Of a stretch of DNA of 64,000 nucleotides, positions 20,886 to 31,550 are shown one piece after another. The translations under genes were made by a program, and so were the position numbers. Source of the stretch: a virus. The DNA lies in IMG/VR virus record IMGVR_UViG_3300036826_000588, positions 1 through 64,000 of that record; one strand, 5' to 3'. Numbering within the stretch: the stretch's first letter is position 1; every line of letters begins with the position of its first letter. The notes beneath the pieces are model-generated. The model was not told the origin of the DNA, did not search any database, and saw only the letters and a list, made by a program, of their open reading frames with translations.

Positions 20886-21752
20886 ATGAACAACGAAGCC
20901 ACCACGACCGACACGACCGCGACCACCACCCCGAGCAAGACGCGCGGCAAGCGCAACCGAAAGGCGACCGACCGGCCGGTGCCCGGCAAGGTCTACCAGC
21001 TCACCGGCGGCGAGGGTGTGGCGGCCATCAGCAACGGGAACACCTGGGCCGAGTCCGAGGTGGGGTCCGACCAGGCCGCAATCGTGGCGACCGCGGCGGA
21101 GCGCCTGGCGGCGGAGCGGGACGCGCGGGTCGCGGCCGCGCGCGCCGAGATCGAGGCGGAGGACGCCGCCAAGCTGGCCGCCAAGCCGGCCGCGTGCGGC
21201 ACGGACGGGCGCGTGCCCGACCTGCGGCTGATGAGCGATCGCGCGGCCACCCCGGCGCCCGAGACGGAGGAGCCCGAGTTCGCGACCGAGGACGCGGCGG
21301 ACCAGCCGGCCGCCCCCGCGGCGACCGCGAAGCCGAAGCGGGAGCGGAAGGCGCCCGGCAGGCCGGCGGCCAAGTCCGCGGCGCGGAAGCCCGCGGTGAA
21401 GGCGACGGCGGTCAAGGAGCCGCGCGGGCTGGCCCGGACGCGCCTTCAGGAGCAGCGCAAGGCGACTGCGAAGGCGAAGCCGGCTGCGGCGCCCGGCAAG
21501 ACCGCGAAGGCGGCGAAGCCGGCTGGCGTGCCGGCCTGGCAGGTGGACGCGGCCAAGACGGCGGCGAACCCGATCCAGGGTGGCGTGGTCCTCGCCCTGC
21601 TCAAGAAGGGCGCGCTGACGGACGACCTGATCGCGGCCAAGCTCGGCAAGAGCCACGCCTGGACGAACCGCACGACGCTGTCCCTGGCCCACGTCGGCCT
21701 CACCGTCCGCGAGCGCGACGGCCGGTCGATCGTGAACCGGCTGAAGAAGTAG
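20886..21752 (+). CDS. Lys/Ala-rich protein with C-terminal winged HTH (histone-H1-like tail)
   Basis: AAK/KPA low-complexity region, then VLALLKKGALT...IAAKLG.S...T...L..L...GL..RERDGR. Confidence 0.7.
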   Translation: MNNEATTTDTTATTTPSKTRGKRNRKATDRPVPGKVYQLTGGEGVAAISNGNTWAESEVGSDQAAIVATAAERLAAERDARVAAARAEIEAEDAAKLAAKPAACGTDGRVPDLRLMSDRAATPAPETEEPEFATEDAADQPAAPAATAKPKRERKAPGRPAAKSAARKPAVKATAVKEPRGLARTRLQEQRKATAKAKPAAAPGKTAKAAKPAGVPAWQVDAAKTAANPIQGGVVLALLKKGALTDDLIAAKLGKSHAWTNRTTLSLAHVGLTVRERDGRSIVNRLKK

Positions 21753-21827
21753 CGGAACCGGCCCGGCGCCCGGGGCAAAGTGCCCCGGGCGCTTGACTTT
21801 ATCCGCGCAAGCGCCTACGATTCAATC

Positions 21828-22037
21828 GTGAACTGCACCGTACCGACCGAAACCGCCGAGGACGTCCAGGCCCAGTTCGACGCCGGAATGGAGGTGGGCC
21901 TGAAGGCGCTGGACCGTGGTGCCTGGGGCACCCGCACCCGGCGCGATTTCGAGGCGGAGCGCCTTCGCTGCATGGCCGGTGACCCGTGGGGCGTCGGCTA
22001 CTGGAGCGGCGTGCTGCGCGCGTTCGACGCGCGGTAG
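21828..22037 (+). CDS. Hypothetical early protein (MNC, GTG start)
   Basis: Leaderless cassette. Confidence 0.7.
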   Translation: MNCTVPTETAEDVQAQFDAGMEVGLKALDRGAWGTRTRRDFEAERLRCMAGDPWGVGYWSGVLRAFDAR

Positions 22038-22133
22038 CGGCCCCCCGTGGGCGTCCGGAGCAGCGCGCTCCGGGCGCCCACCTTTTGTCGAGAAACGCTT
22101 GACATATCCGGCGCGTGAGGCTACGATTCGAGT

Positions 22134-22688
22134 ATGAACACTGCCACGACCGAAGCAACCGAACTGGCCTTCCACGTCACGATCGAGAACACCCGCTCGT
22201 TTGGTGACCCGTACCTGAAGGTGTACGCGCGCTTGGGTCGCGTCGAGGGAACCAGCGGGTTCCGGAACCTCAGCGAGTACGACGCCTGGAAGGACGCGAA
22301 CGCGCGGCTCGCCGAGCTGGAGATCGACTGCCAGCTCGACGCGACCGCCGGCCGCCGCGGTGACGCGCCGTACGGCTACGCGGTCCAGTTCGCCCCGGGC
22401 CGGGTGCGGGCGGAGCAGGCGAAGCACATGGCCGCGGCGTTCGTCCGGATCGAGCGTGGCCTGAAGCGCCTGGAGGAGCGGTTCGGCGCACCGAAGGACT
22501 TCGTGGACTACGTGGCCCGTGTCGCCGACGTCCTCGGCGTCAAGCGGTTCTGCGAGAGCGTCAGCCGGGACTCGCACTTCTACACCGAGACCGGAATGCG
22601 CTGGTACGCGGTGGACACGTTCCGGTACCGCGTGGAGGACGCCGCGGCCAAGTTCCGCGAGTCGGTGGGCTACGTTCGCCCCGAGTAG
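22134..22688 (+). CDS. Hypothetical early protein (MNT)
   Basis: TTGACA-17-TACGAT leaderless cassette. Confidence 0.75.
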   Translation: MNTATTEATELAFHVTIENTRSFGDPYLKVYARLGRVEGTSGFRNLSEYDAWKDANARLAELEIDCQLDATAGRRGDAPYGYAVQFAPGRVRAEQAKHMAAAFVRIERGLKRLEERFGAPKDFVDYVARVADVLGVKRFCESVSRDSHFYTETGMRWYAVDTFRYRVEDAAAKFRESVGYVRPE

Positions 22689-22771
22689 GTAGCGGCTGCC
22701 CGTACACCGTACTCGAAAAAAAGGTCAGCGTAGGTGTTGCGTTTGTCGTCCTATGCGGCTATGATTCGAGC

Positions 22772-23308
22772 ATGAACTACGCCACGGCCGCTCCCCGAAG
22801 GATGGTTGCCCGCTTCACCTCTCCGTGCGCCGCGGGATGCGGGCACGCGATCGAGCCCGGCCAGTGGATGCTGTACGCGAACCGCGTGAGCCGCCACGTC
22901 GAGTGCCCGAGCGGGGTGCCGGCGGCCGCCGCGGTCCAGCGCCCAGAGCCGCTGCGGATCGCGGTCGAGGACAAGGGTGTCTACATCCTCGACGGCTCGA
23001 TCGTCCAGGTGGTCGTCACCCGTGACGGCAAGCGCACCTACGCGCTCCGGTGGGTCGACAAGGGCGGCCAGCGTGTCACCGAAGCCGGCACGTTCGTCAA
23101 CGGCGAGTACGAGTACGAGCGCGGCCTGGTGGCCCAGGTGGCCGAGCGCGGCCGGAAGATGACGAAGGATGAGGCGAAGCGGTTCATCCTCCGCTACGGG
23201 GTGTGCTGCCGCTGCCACCGGACCCTCAAGGCGGCCAAGAGCGTGGAGCGCGCGCTGGAGGACGGCCTGGGCCCGGTCTGCCGCACCTACTTCGACCGCG
23301 CGGCCTGA
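22772..23308 (+). CDS. Zinc-binding protein with DUF6011-like C-terminus
   Basis: CCRCHRTLK...SVER...LGPVC. Confidence 0.65.
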   Translation: MNYATAAPRRMVARFTSPCAAGCGHAIEPGQWMLYANRVSRHVECPSGVPAAAAVQRPEPLRIAVEDKGVYILDGSIVQVVVTRDGKRTYALRWVDKGGQRVTEAGTFVNGEYEYERGLVAQVAERGRKMTKDEAKRFILRYGVCCRCHRTLKAAKSVERALEDGLGPVCRTYFDRAA

Positions 23309-23320
23309 CCGGTCGACCGC

Positions 23321-23357
23321 CAACAACCCGGGTAAAAAAACTTCACCCGGGTTGTTG
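23321..23357. terminator. Inter-cassette hairpin overlapping the next -35 box
   Basis: CAACAACCCGGGT / ACCCGGGTTGTTG 13-bp inverted repeat. Confidence 0.6.
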
Positions 23358-23389
23358 CTTTTTAGGGGGTACGCGGCTACAATTCGAGT

Positions 23390-23878
23390 ATGAACTTTGC
23401 CACGACCGCCAAGCGCTTCGGTTCCGCCGGCATCGCCTTCGGACTGGCCGCCTTCACCGCCGTCACGGTGGCCGCCGGTGAGCCGGCGCAGTACGACCCC
23501 TCCGCCGACCCGGGCGCCCCGGCCGGTGCGCTGTGGACGAAGACGAACCCGACCGCGGACGACTGCGCGGTGCTGCGTGAGGCGGTCTCGAACAACCAGC
23601 TCGCCCCGGAGGCGGTGTTCGACCCGCAGGCGCCGTGCGAGGCGCTCGGGATCAACCGCGCGGCGGGCGCCTACTTCTGCGACTGCATGAGCGTGGACGA
23701 GACGCCCGGGCCGGACGAGATGGGTTCGTCGCTCGTCTCGGCCGAGCTGGACTACGCGAACGGGCAGGTGACCGCGGTCGTCGCGGTCGCCGGCCGGACC
23801 GCGTGGGTGGGTGTCTCGCGTCGCGGCTGGCTGCCGTACTTCACCGGCCGGCAGCACTTCGTCGGATCGGGCCGGTGA
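23390..23878 (+). CDS. Hypothetical early protein (MNF)
   Basis: Leaderless cassette. Confidence 0.7.
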   Translation: MNFATTAKRFGSAGIAFGLAAFTAVTVAAGEPAQYDPSADPGAPAGALWTKTNPTADDCAVLREAVSNNQLAPEAVFDPQAPCEALGINRAAGAYFCDCMSVDETPGPDEMGSSLVSAELDYANGQVTAVVAVAGRTAWVGVSRRGWLPYFTGRQHFVGSGR

Positions 23879-24058
23879 ACCCGCGTCGGGTCGGCGGCCA
23901 GCACCAGTTCGCGCGCCGGGTGACCGGCGCGCGGGCGGCCGCCCGGCGGGTCATCGCGGCCCAGGCCGGGTTGGACCCAGAGGCGACCGAGCGGCAGTAC
24001 CGGCGGGAGCGCGCCGCGCGGCGCGAGGACCGCGAGAACCAGGACCGGTAGCCGTCAA

Positions 24059-24089
24059 GCACCCGGGCGGGTGATACCCGCCCGGGTGC
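24059..24089. terminator. Inter-cassette hairpin
   Basis: GCACCCGGGCGGGT-GAT-ACCCGCCCGGGTGC perfect 14-bp inverted repeat. Confidence 0.6.
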
Positions 24090-24150
24090 AACGCGTGAAA
24101 AAGACCGCGAAACGCTTGCGATTATCCGCGCAACCGGCTACGATTCGAGT

Positions 24151-24468
24151 ATGAACTGCGACGCCTCTCCCGCTCCGAAGCGCCAGCGCCCGGGCGGCGA
24201 TCACCGCGGTAGCGCCGCCAGCCGGCGGGCCCGCAAGCACTGGATGCTGAACCAGGAGCGGTGGAACGGAGACGGCGTCGAGTGCGACTGCGCGCTGGGG
24301 ATCGTGTCGGAGTGCGCGGGCCGGGTGACCTTCCTCACCGTTGAGGCGGACCGGATCGTGCCTGGCGGTTCGTACGGCCGGCACAACGTCCAGCCCGCTT
24401 GCCGCGCGTGCAACGCCGCGCGGAGCGACAAGCCGATGAGCGTGTTCGCGGCCGCGGCGGCCGCATAG
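24151..24468 (+). CDS. HNH endonuclease (MNC, leaderless)
   Basis: TVEADRIVPGGSYGRHNVQPACRACN...DK. Confidence 0.8.
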   Translation: MNCDASPAPKRQRPGGDHRGSAASRRARKHWMLNQERWNGDGVECDCALGIVSECAGRVTFLTVEADRIVPGGSYGRHNVQPACRACNAARSDKPMSVFAAAAAA

Positions 24469-25134
24469 GAGTGGAGCCGATGTGCGAGTACAAAACGGAC
24501 CTAATGTGCGGAGAGGAGTGCGAGTGCGAGCTCTGCCCGTGCGGCGAGTACACCGGAGACGGGCGAATGTGCGAGACGTGCGCGCTCGGGATCGGGTAGC
24601 GGAGGAGCTGGAGGAGCGCTACCGGGCGCTCCTCCAGCGCTGGCCGGCGGTGGAGGTGGCCGTCGACTGGTGGATTCGCAACTGGAACGCGCCTGTGGTC
24701 GTGGAGCCCACCTACACCCGGGCGGACGACGAGGCCGACGACCTACCGCTCCAGCCGTGGGTGCACGAGCTGGCAGTGCTGCCCCACCTCCAGGGAGGCG
24801 CCTTCGCGGTGGAGGACGGCATGCTGGTGGTGCGCCTGTCGGGGACGCGAGAGACCGCCGAAGGCGCTGAGGAGCGCTGGCGACGCCGTTTCGAGGTGAA
24901 GCTGATCGAGGCCGAGCTGGACTGGGAGCCGCCGTGGTTGGCCGCCCTCCGCCGTGGGCGCCCGGTCCAGGCGGTCCTGGTCGGCGACGACCGGGCGACG
25001 TGCGTGGCGGTCCAGCGGTTCCGGGCGCAGTTCGACGATGCCCAGTCACGCGCGCTGTGGCCGCGCGGCATGCCGGGCGACGATTGACGTTGTAGGCGCT
25101 TGCGTTATCCGGCGCGAGCGCCTACAATTCGAGT

Positions 25135-25308
25135 ATGAACTGCCGACACGAGACGGGGCCGCGGTGTAGCGTATGCGGCGAACGGACGGCCGAGGACGAC
25201 CTGGCCGAGATGTACGACCCGCGCACGGCGCCTGGTCCGGACGGAGTGCACCCGGCCGTGATCTGCCACCCCGACTGCGGGCTGGCGCGCGGGCTGGAGG
25301 TGGCGTAG
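25135..25308 (+). CDS. 57-aa Cys/His protein (MNC), absent from the ORF track
   Basis: MNCRHETGPRCSVCG...CHPDC; leaderless cassette. Confidence 0.7.
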   Translation: MNCRHETGPRCSVCGERTAEDDLAEMYDPRTAPGPDGVHPAVICHPDCGLARGLEVA

Positions 25309-25598
25309 GTGGGCGCTGCCGAGCAGTTGGCCCGGGTGGTGGAGCAGGCGGTCTACGAGATCGCCTGCGGCCCGGCCGGCGAGGAGCTGGAGTGCGTCGA
25401 CGCGCCGCGCCGCGAAGGCCAGGACGCGAACGGGAACGACCGCTGGACGATGGCGTTCCACGTCGGTGGCGGCCGGGAAGTGCGGATCCGCCTGGAGGAG
25501 TCCGGACCGCCGTTCCGGGTGGAGTAGGCCAGCACGCCAGGGTGAGCAATCTCACCCTGGCGCTTGCGATTGGCCGCGCATGCGGCTATACTTCGACT

Positions 25599-26231
25599 AT
25601 GAACTGCTTGGACCTGACCTCCCAGACTCCCGCCGAGATCGACCGCCAGTGGGCCGACGCGGAGGCCACGCTGGCCCGGCCGCGCCAGGAGCTGGCCGAG
25701 ACCCGCAAGTCGATCCGCCGTTACGACCGGTTCGGCAAGGTGCCCGAGTACCTGACCAAGCGCGAGGCGCAGCAGGTGGAGCGGCTCCGCGAGGCCAGCA
25801 AGGTGCTGGACCCGTTCAAGGCCGAGTGGGAGCGGCGCGGCGGCTGGACGCGGTACGAGCTGTGCCTGGGCGGCCACGTGCACCGGCACTCGCCGCGGTG
25901 CAGCAGCCTCCACCCGACCAGCGCCACCGTCATCCTGGCCGAGCTGACGGACCTCACGGAGCGCCGGGTGGTGGAGCTGAAGGGCTTCGCCGCGTGCACG
26001 ATCTGCTTCCCCTGGGCGCCCACGGTTCCGGCCTTCCAGGCCGGCCAGAAGGCCAGCGAAGAGGCCGAGGCAGCCAAGCAGGCCGGCCGCTGCCCCGGAA
26101 GCGGCAAGTGGTTCCAGAACCCCACCCGCCGGCTGTACCTCCCCTGCCCGGACTGCGGGACGCTGATGAGGCCCACCCCCACCGGAGCGGTTCGGGCGCA
26201 CAACAAGCCGAAGGCGAAGGCGGCGAAGTAG
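25599..26231 (+). CDS. Actinophage-type early zinc-binding protein
   Basis: GGWTRY...GHVH....CSSL...CTICFP.AP motif; leaderless MNC start. Confidence 0.7.
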   Translation: MNCLDLTSQTPAEIDRQWADAEATLARPRQELAETRKSIRRYDRFGKVPEYLTKREAQQVERLREASKVLDPFKAEWERRGGWTRYELCLGGHVHRHSPRCSSLHPTSATVILAELTDLTERRVVELKGFAACTICFPWAPTVPAFQAGQKASEEAEAAKQAGRCPGSGKWFQNPTRRLYLPCPDCGTLMRPTPTGAVRAHNKPKAKAAK

Positions 26232-26311
26232 CCGCCCCCGCCCGGCGCCCCGGTTGCCAAAAGGCGGCCGGGGCGCTTGCGTTTTCAGGGACCAGCGGCT
26301 ACAATTCGAAT

Positions 26312-27152
26312 ATGAACGCTGCCGCTATGAAGCCGGTCCGGAAGCACAACTGCGAGGCTGAGACGAACCTCGTGCAGATCAGCGTCGAGTGGGCCGAGGA
26401 CGGGCGCCACGTGCTCATCACGACCTGGGGTTGCCGCAAGTGCCGGCGCACCTGGACGACCGAGTACGACCCGGAGAAGGTCGAGCAGGAGCGCCTGGAG
26501 CGGCTTCGCGCCGACGTGGCCAAGACCGCCGCGCAGATGGCCGAGGAGCGGCGCTTGGAGCTGGAGGGAGTGGTATGAAGACGTACGAGCGGACGTTCCC
26601 GGCCACCCAGGAGCGCGACTGTTGGGTGGCGGAGCAGCGGCAGGACGGTGGGCTGCTGGCCGGTTCTCGGGCGATGGAGGCGCCGGGCTGCTGCCGGCTT
26701 CGCGGCCGCCGGCAGGCCGGCATCTGCCTCGACACCGTGACCCTGTTCCTGGCGAACGCGGATCCGGTACCGGCGGGCTTCCGGGAAGTGGGCCAGTGAC
26801 CGCCTACGCGCCCGAGCTGACCGACTCCGGCTGGGAGGTGGAGCTGATCCCTTCGGACGGCTACCTCCACACCGGCATCCGCAACCTCGGCGCCGCGAAG
26901 CGCTACCTGCGTCGGAAGTTCAATCGCGGCATCCTGGAGCCGCTCCAGCGGCGTCTTGGGGCCCGTTTCTACGTCACGGCGCGGCAGGGTCCGAAATCGG
27001 CCTTCCTACTGGGTCCTTACGCCAGCCACATGATCGCGCTGATGAACGTTTCTCGCGCCGAGTCCCTTCTCCGCGAGCGCTACCCGCTGGAGCTGGTGGC
27101 CGTCGGCACGGCCAGCGCGCCAGAGAGCCGCAAGACCGTCTTCGGCCGGTAG
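26312..27152 (+). other. Three small early genes (26312-26578, 26575-26799, 26796-27152)
   Basis: Leaderless first gene, then ATGA/GTGA coupling. Confidence 0.65.
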
Positions 27153-27159
27153 CGGGCCG

Positions 27160-27365
27160 CCAGGGGTGGGCCAGAGCGGCCCATCCCTGGGAAGGGGGCC
27201 AGAGAAGGGGGCCGCCAGAAGGGGCCTTTCCAGAGGCCCACCCAGAGAGGGGGCCTTCTACAGGCGCCTCTACAGAGGGGCGCTCTACAGGTGGGGCCAG
27301 GGAGAGGCGCTCTCTACGGGCCCTGGAGGGCAGAGGCGGCCAGAGAGGGCGCCTGTAGGGTGAGG
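27160..27365. repeat. Purine-skewed degenerate repeat tract (CCAGAGAGGG / CTCTACAG units)
   Basis: Multiple CCAGAG/AGAGGG and CTACAG motifs; no credible ORF. Confidence 0.6.
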
Positions 27366-27678
27366 GCGAGCAGTACGTGCTGCACAGTCGACGCGCGCCG
27401 TGCTGCGCGCCTCTGCGGGCCGCGCGGGCACGCAAGCGACAGGCCGGCTGGGGCAAGCGCATTTTCAGGCGTTCCCCCCGAGCGGCCGCCCCGCATATAT
27501 ATGGCCAAATCGGCCGTACCCCTCCCCCCATATTTTTGTTCGTCCAATCTGGTCATCCAGGAGAGCCTCCCCGTAGCTCAAAATGCGGGTCCATTTCAGC
27601 CAAATGAGACCAGCAAAATTTGGCGGGAAATTTTCAGGCAAAACCCCTTCCTGGAACACCGTTGCTGCGGTGGAACGC

Positions 27679-28431
27679 GTGCCGAGCGGAGTATCGAAGG
27701 GCCAGAGAGGCCGGCCTGGACAGGTGCCGTGGAGGCGCGACAGAGCGATCATGGCGCGGATCAAGCTGGTGATGCGCCCGAGCGTCCTGAACCAGCCGGT
27801 GCCGATCGTCGCGCAGATGGTGAACGCGTGGTTGGAGGAGCGCGGCCAGGCGCAGGTTGACGAGCGGACGATCCGGCGCGATATCGACCGCGCGTTGGAG
27901 CTCCACCAGGAGCGAATCGTCGGTGGGGCGGAGTGGTACCGCGCGCAGTTCCAGGCCCTCTACGCCGACGTGTGGATGTCGATCGACGCGACGCCGCGCG
28001 GCAAGGATCGGGCCCCGCTGTACGCCGATGCGATCCGGGTCCTGGAGGACATGGCGCGGATCGACGGCGTGTGGAACGCGGCGGCCGCGGGCGAGCTATC
28101 GGCACCGATGGTGGATGGCGACCTGGTGGACGCGCAGAGCCTGTACGAGCAGGGGCAGATCGGCGAGGAGGAGCTGCGCGCCTATCTTCTGGTCCTGCAC
28201 CGCGAGACGGGCGGCATCGGAGCGCCGCGGCCCGCGGGCGGCGACGGAGAGGTTATCGACGCCGAGGCCACCGAGGTGCCGGTGCACTCGCGGCCGCGAC
28301 CGAGCGCACTGCCGGCGGCGCGAAACGGGCACGGACCGAAGGCCAGTGCGATCCCCGGTGTGGGCCCGATGGGCGACGAGCTGCAACTCGACCTGGACGT
28401 GATCGAGTGGGCTCCGGACGACGACGAGTGA
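27679..28431 (+). CDS. Putative terminase small subunit
   Basis: HTH-like ERTIRRDIDRA, helical region ending MARIDGV; upstream of the terminase ATPase; start uncertain. Confidence 0.5.
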   Translation: MPSGVSKGQRGRPGQVPWRRDRAIMARIKLVMRPSVLNQPVPIVAQMVNAWLEERGQAQVDERTIRRDIDRALELHQERIVGGAEWYRAQFQALYADVWMSIDATPRGKDRAPLYADAIRVLEDMARIDGVWNAAAAGELSAPMVDGDLVDAQSLYEQGQIGEEELRAYLLVLHRETGGIGAPRPAGGDGEVIDAEATEVPVHSRPRPSALPAARNGHGPKASAIPGVGPMGDELQLDLDVIEWAPDDDE

Positions 28432-28450
28432 ACTGGATTGGAGAGAAGGC

Positions 28451-31213
28451 ATGGCGAACGTAGACCCCGGTGGGCCGGGAACGTTGATGCACGGCGACTT
28501 GGTAGCGACACGCTTCGGGCTGCTGTGGGTGGACAGGACCCTGGAGGCTCCTGACGGCCAGGTGGTGGGCTACGTCGGCCTGGAGCTGCCCGGCATCGTG
28601 CGCGAGATCCACGAGGTGCAGTTCGAGACGGCCGACGTGGCGTGCCTCTACCGGCCCACCTGGAGGCGCCAGTGATCGACCCGATCATGCAGCGCCGTTG
28701 CGAGGTCTTCATGGCGGCCGCCGGGCCGGCGTGCCCGAATCGGGCCACGCACGAGGCGCTCGGCACCGCGTACTGCTGCGACCACTTCAACCACGACTGG
28801 CCCGAACAGCGGCTCATCAACGGTCGCGAGTGCGAGTTCGAGCGGGTCGAGGTGCCGGTCATGGCGCCAGAGCCGCGGTGGCGCTGGCAACGGAAGCCCG
28901 AGGAGCCGGCCCGGGCGGGCCAGGCGGATAGCGAACGTATGTTCGTCTCGGCCCGTGAACAGCGCGACACAGCGCTCGGAGCTGAGCCGTCATGACGCCG
29001 GAGCTGCAAGAGGTGTGTGACCGCTTCGAGCGACTGGGCTGGGCGTTCGTGTGGGCGCTCTCGGAGCACTGGCGGAGCGGCTCCAACTCGCTCTACCGCC
29101 TCCGCGACTTGGCGCGTGCGCAGGTGCTGGCGCCGCCGACCGAGGCCGAGGAGTCGGAGGGTTGAGCGGCTTCCTGCGTGGTGTCTGCGCCCGAGTGGCG
29201 CACGAGGTGCAGTACACGATCTGCATGGCTTTCGACCACAACCCGGCGTCTCCAGCGTCAGTGGTGTCGAAATGCAAGCGATGCGGCGAGCGAGTCGCTC
29301 GACAGCCCGGGGGCAGATGGTGGTGAAGAACCTGGAGCAGTGGTGCGACCTCCACTGGACCGTGGTGCGTCAGTCGATCGAGACCGGCGTGGAACCCATC
29401 AACGGCCTGATGGCTTCCGCGAAGCTGATGCAGGAGTGGTTCGACCGGAAGGCGGTCGAGCTCGGCGACGAACTGCCTCGCCCGGGCATGCCCGGCGGCG
29501 CCGCCGCGATGAACGCCATGATCGCCGAGGACTCCCCGATCTGCTGCTACATCGGAGACGCGGCCATGGGTCGCATCTTCAGGGAGTCGGTGCTGCCGCC
29601 GGAGTACCGCCACCTGCCGGTCCGAGAGGGCCACGCCATGCACGTGCGCGACTCCAACGTCGAGAGCGCCGAAGAGGAGCGGTTCCGGCGCCTCTACGCC
29701 GCTCGATTCCGCATCACCGGTGAGGGTCCCGAATCGACCGTGCACGCACCGTGCCCGATGTGCGCATTCGACAGCTTCATGGTCTACCCGATCGCAGGCG
29801 TGGACCAGATGTTCAACCGCGACGTCACGTGCGCCGGGTGCCGCCGCACGCTGCGCCTGGCGACGGCCGATGACGGCGGGGAGCTCGTGGTGGAGCTGGT
29901 GCAGGTGGACGGACCGGCGCCGCCGCCTTGGATGCCGGCGCCGCCGCGCAGGGTCGGTCGGTGACCGACGAGGCCGAGGCGCGAGCTGCGCGCGAGCTGC
30001 TCATGTCCACGCTGCCCTGGTGGTGGCTGCCTGGCCGCCGGCACCGCTTCATGATGCACGTTGACCGGTTCGCCATCGCGTACGCCCACTGGCGCGAGAC
30101 GGCGCGAGAAGAGGCGAGGCAGCCACCGCCCAACCCACCCATCGAGCACTGGTCGCATCTGTGACCGAGTTCGCTGTCTTGGTCGCGATGATCGAGCACC
30201 TGCACCTCACCGCGGAGGATGAGCGGCACGAGTGCATCGGTTGGCAGGAAGGCCAGGCGTGCTGCCTTGATCGCGTGAGAACGAGTCCGGAGTTCGCAGC
30301 CGCGAAGGCGGCGCTGGAGGCATCGTGATCGAGCGAGCCATCATCCACGTGGCCGGGCCAGCGCAGCCCGGGTACCAGGAGTGCCGGCGCTGTGGCTACA
30401 TCTTCCACGACTACCGCGACGGCAACGTGGCCAAGCTGGCCGACGACCCCCACGACCCGATGGAGTCCTGCTGGCCGGAAGGTGAGGAGGTGCTCGTCAT
30501 TGGACATCCGCTCGGCGGCCGCTACATGGCGCGGGTGAGCGGTCTCCGACCGGACCGCGAAACGAGTGACGAGGTGCCCTGTGGCTGAATCTGAGATGCG
30601 CACCCTGCGGTACGAGCAGCTCGTTCTGCTCGACAACCAGAACCGGCTGTGGTTCGAGGTGGCGGAGTACGAGGCCGGCGTGCGGTATGCGCGGCGCTGC
30701 GTCTTCGACGAGCTGGAGGCCGAGGGCGTGCTGGACCTGAAGCTGTTCCTCGGCCTGGCCGAAGAGAAGGTGGCCGCGCTCCAGGTGCTGGTGGAGGAGG
30801 CCGCCGCGCAGCGGCGCGCAGCGACTGCCGTGGAGGCGTAAGTGGTCGAAGAGAAGGTGGTCGAGGAGAAGGCCGGCTGGAGCGCGACGCTGAACGACCC
30901 GGTTGGTGTGGCCCTCCGGGCGCGAGAGGAAGTCTGGGCCCGGATGCCGTGGTGGTGGCGGCTGCGCAAGGTGACGTTCATGCAGGCGGTCGAGGTGTAC
31001 GTGCAGAAGGTGCTGCGCGCCTACGCCCATGGCGCGATCGAGGGCTGGCCGCCGGGCCCGGACGGCCAGCCGACCATGGACACCGGACTGCTGCCGCGCT
31101 ACCGAAGGCGCGTCATCCAGCCACGCCTGCGGGTGCCCGACCGACCAGCCGAGGTGGCTCCGCCGCGGCGGCCTGCGCCCGGGACGCCGCCCAGGGCTCC
31201 CGGGCAGCCGTAG
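28451..31213 (+). other. Run of small hypothetical proteins
   Basis: Coupled ORFs with GC3-rich codons. Confidence 0.55.
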
Positions 31214-31550
31214 TAGGATGACGATGCTTCGTGCGGGAACGGTGACAAGAGCCCCCGGGCTCTGCCGGCTGGAAGAGGGCAACCGAACGCACGCATCCGC
31301 AAGGGTGGATCTGGCCGGGTAGCCGTTCCCCTCCTCGCGCCTCTGGGGGAGGGCCCGGCCGGGCAGTAGTTCGGGGCGCCGCTCCGCGGGCGCTGCGTCG
31401 CGCTCACCTCACCAGCTTCGCCTGCGTCCGTTCCTACTGCCAGGGCCAGGGCCTGAGCGTCTCTCCCTGGACGCATCTTCGCTATACCTTTCCAGACGTC
31501 ACAAGCTCCCTGAATGACGCCGGCCGGGGCAAATTCGCTTCGTCTCGAAG

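Larger units (their letters stand above)
19237..26317. promoter_or_regulatory. 13 repeated sigma70-like leaderless promoters, consensus TTG(C/A)NN-N17(..GGC)-TA(C/T)RAT-TCGAGT-ATG AAC
   Basis: Start codons at 19242(-), 19347, 19772, 20280, 20886, 21828, 22134, 22772, 23390, 24151, 25135, 25599, 26312; on + strand the -35 box begins 35 nt before each start. Confidence 0.9.

Noticed and set aside
19237-26317. Repeated motif as a CRISPR array or integron attC array
   Set aside because: Spacing is gene-sized and irregular, repeats are degenerate promoters, and no cas or integrase gene is present
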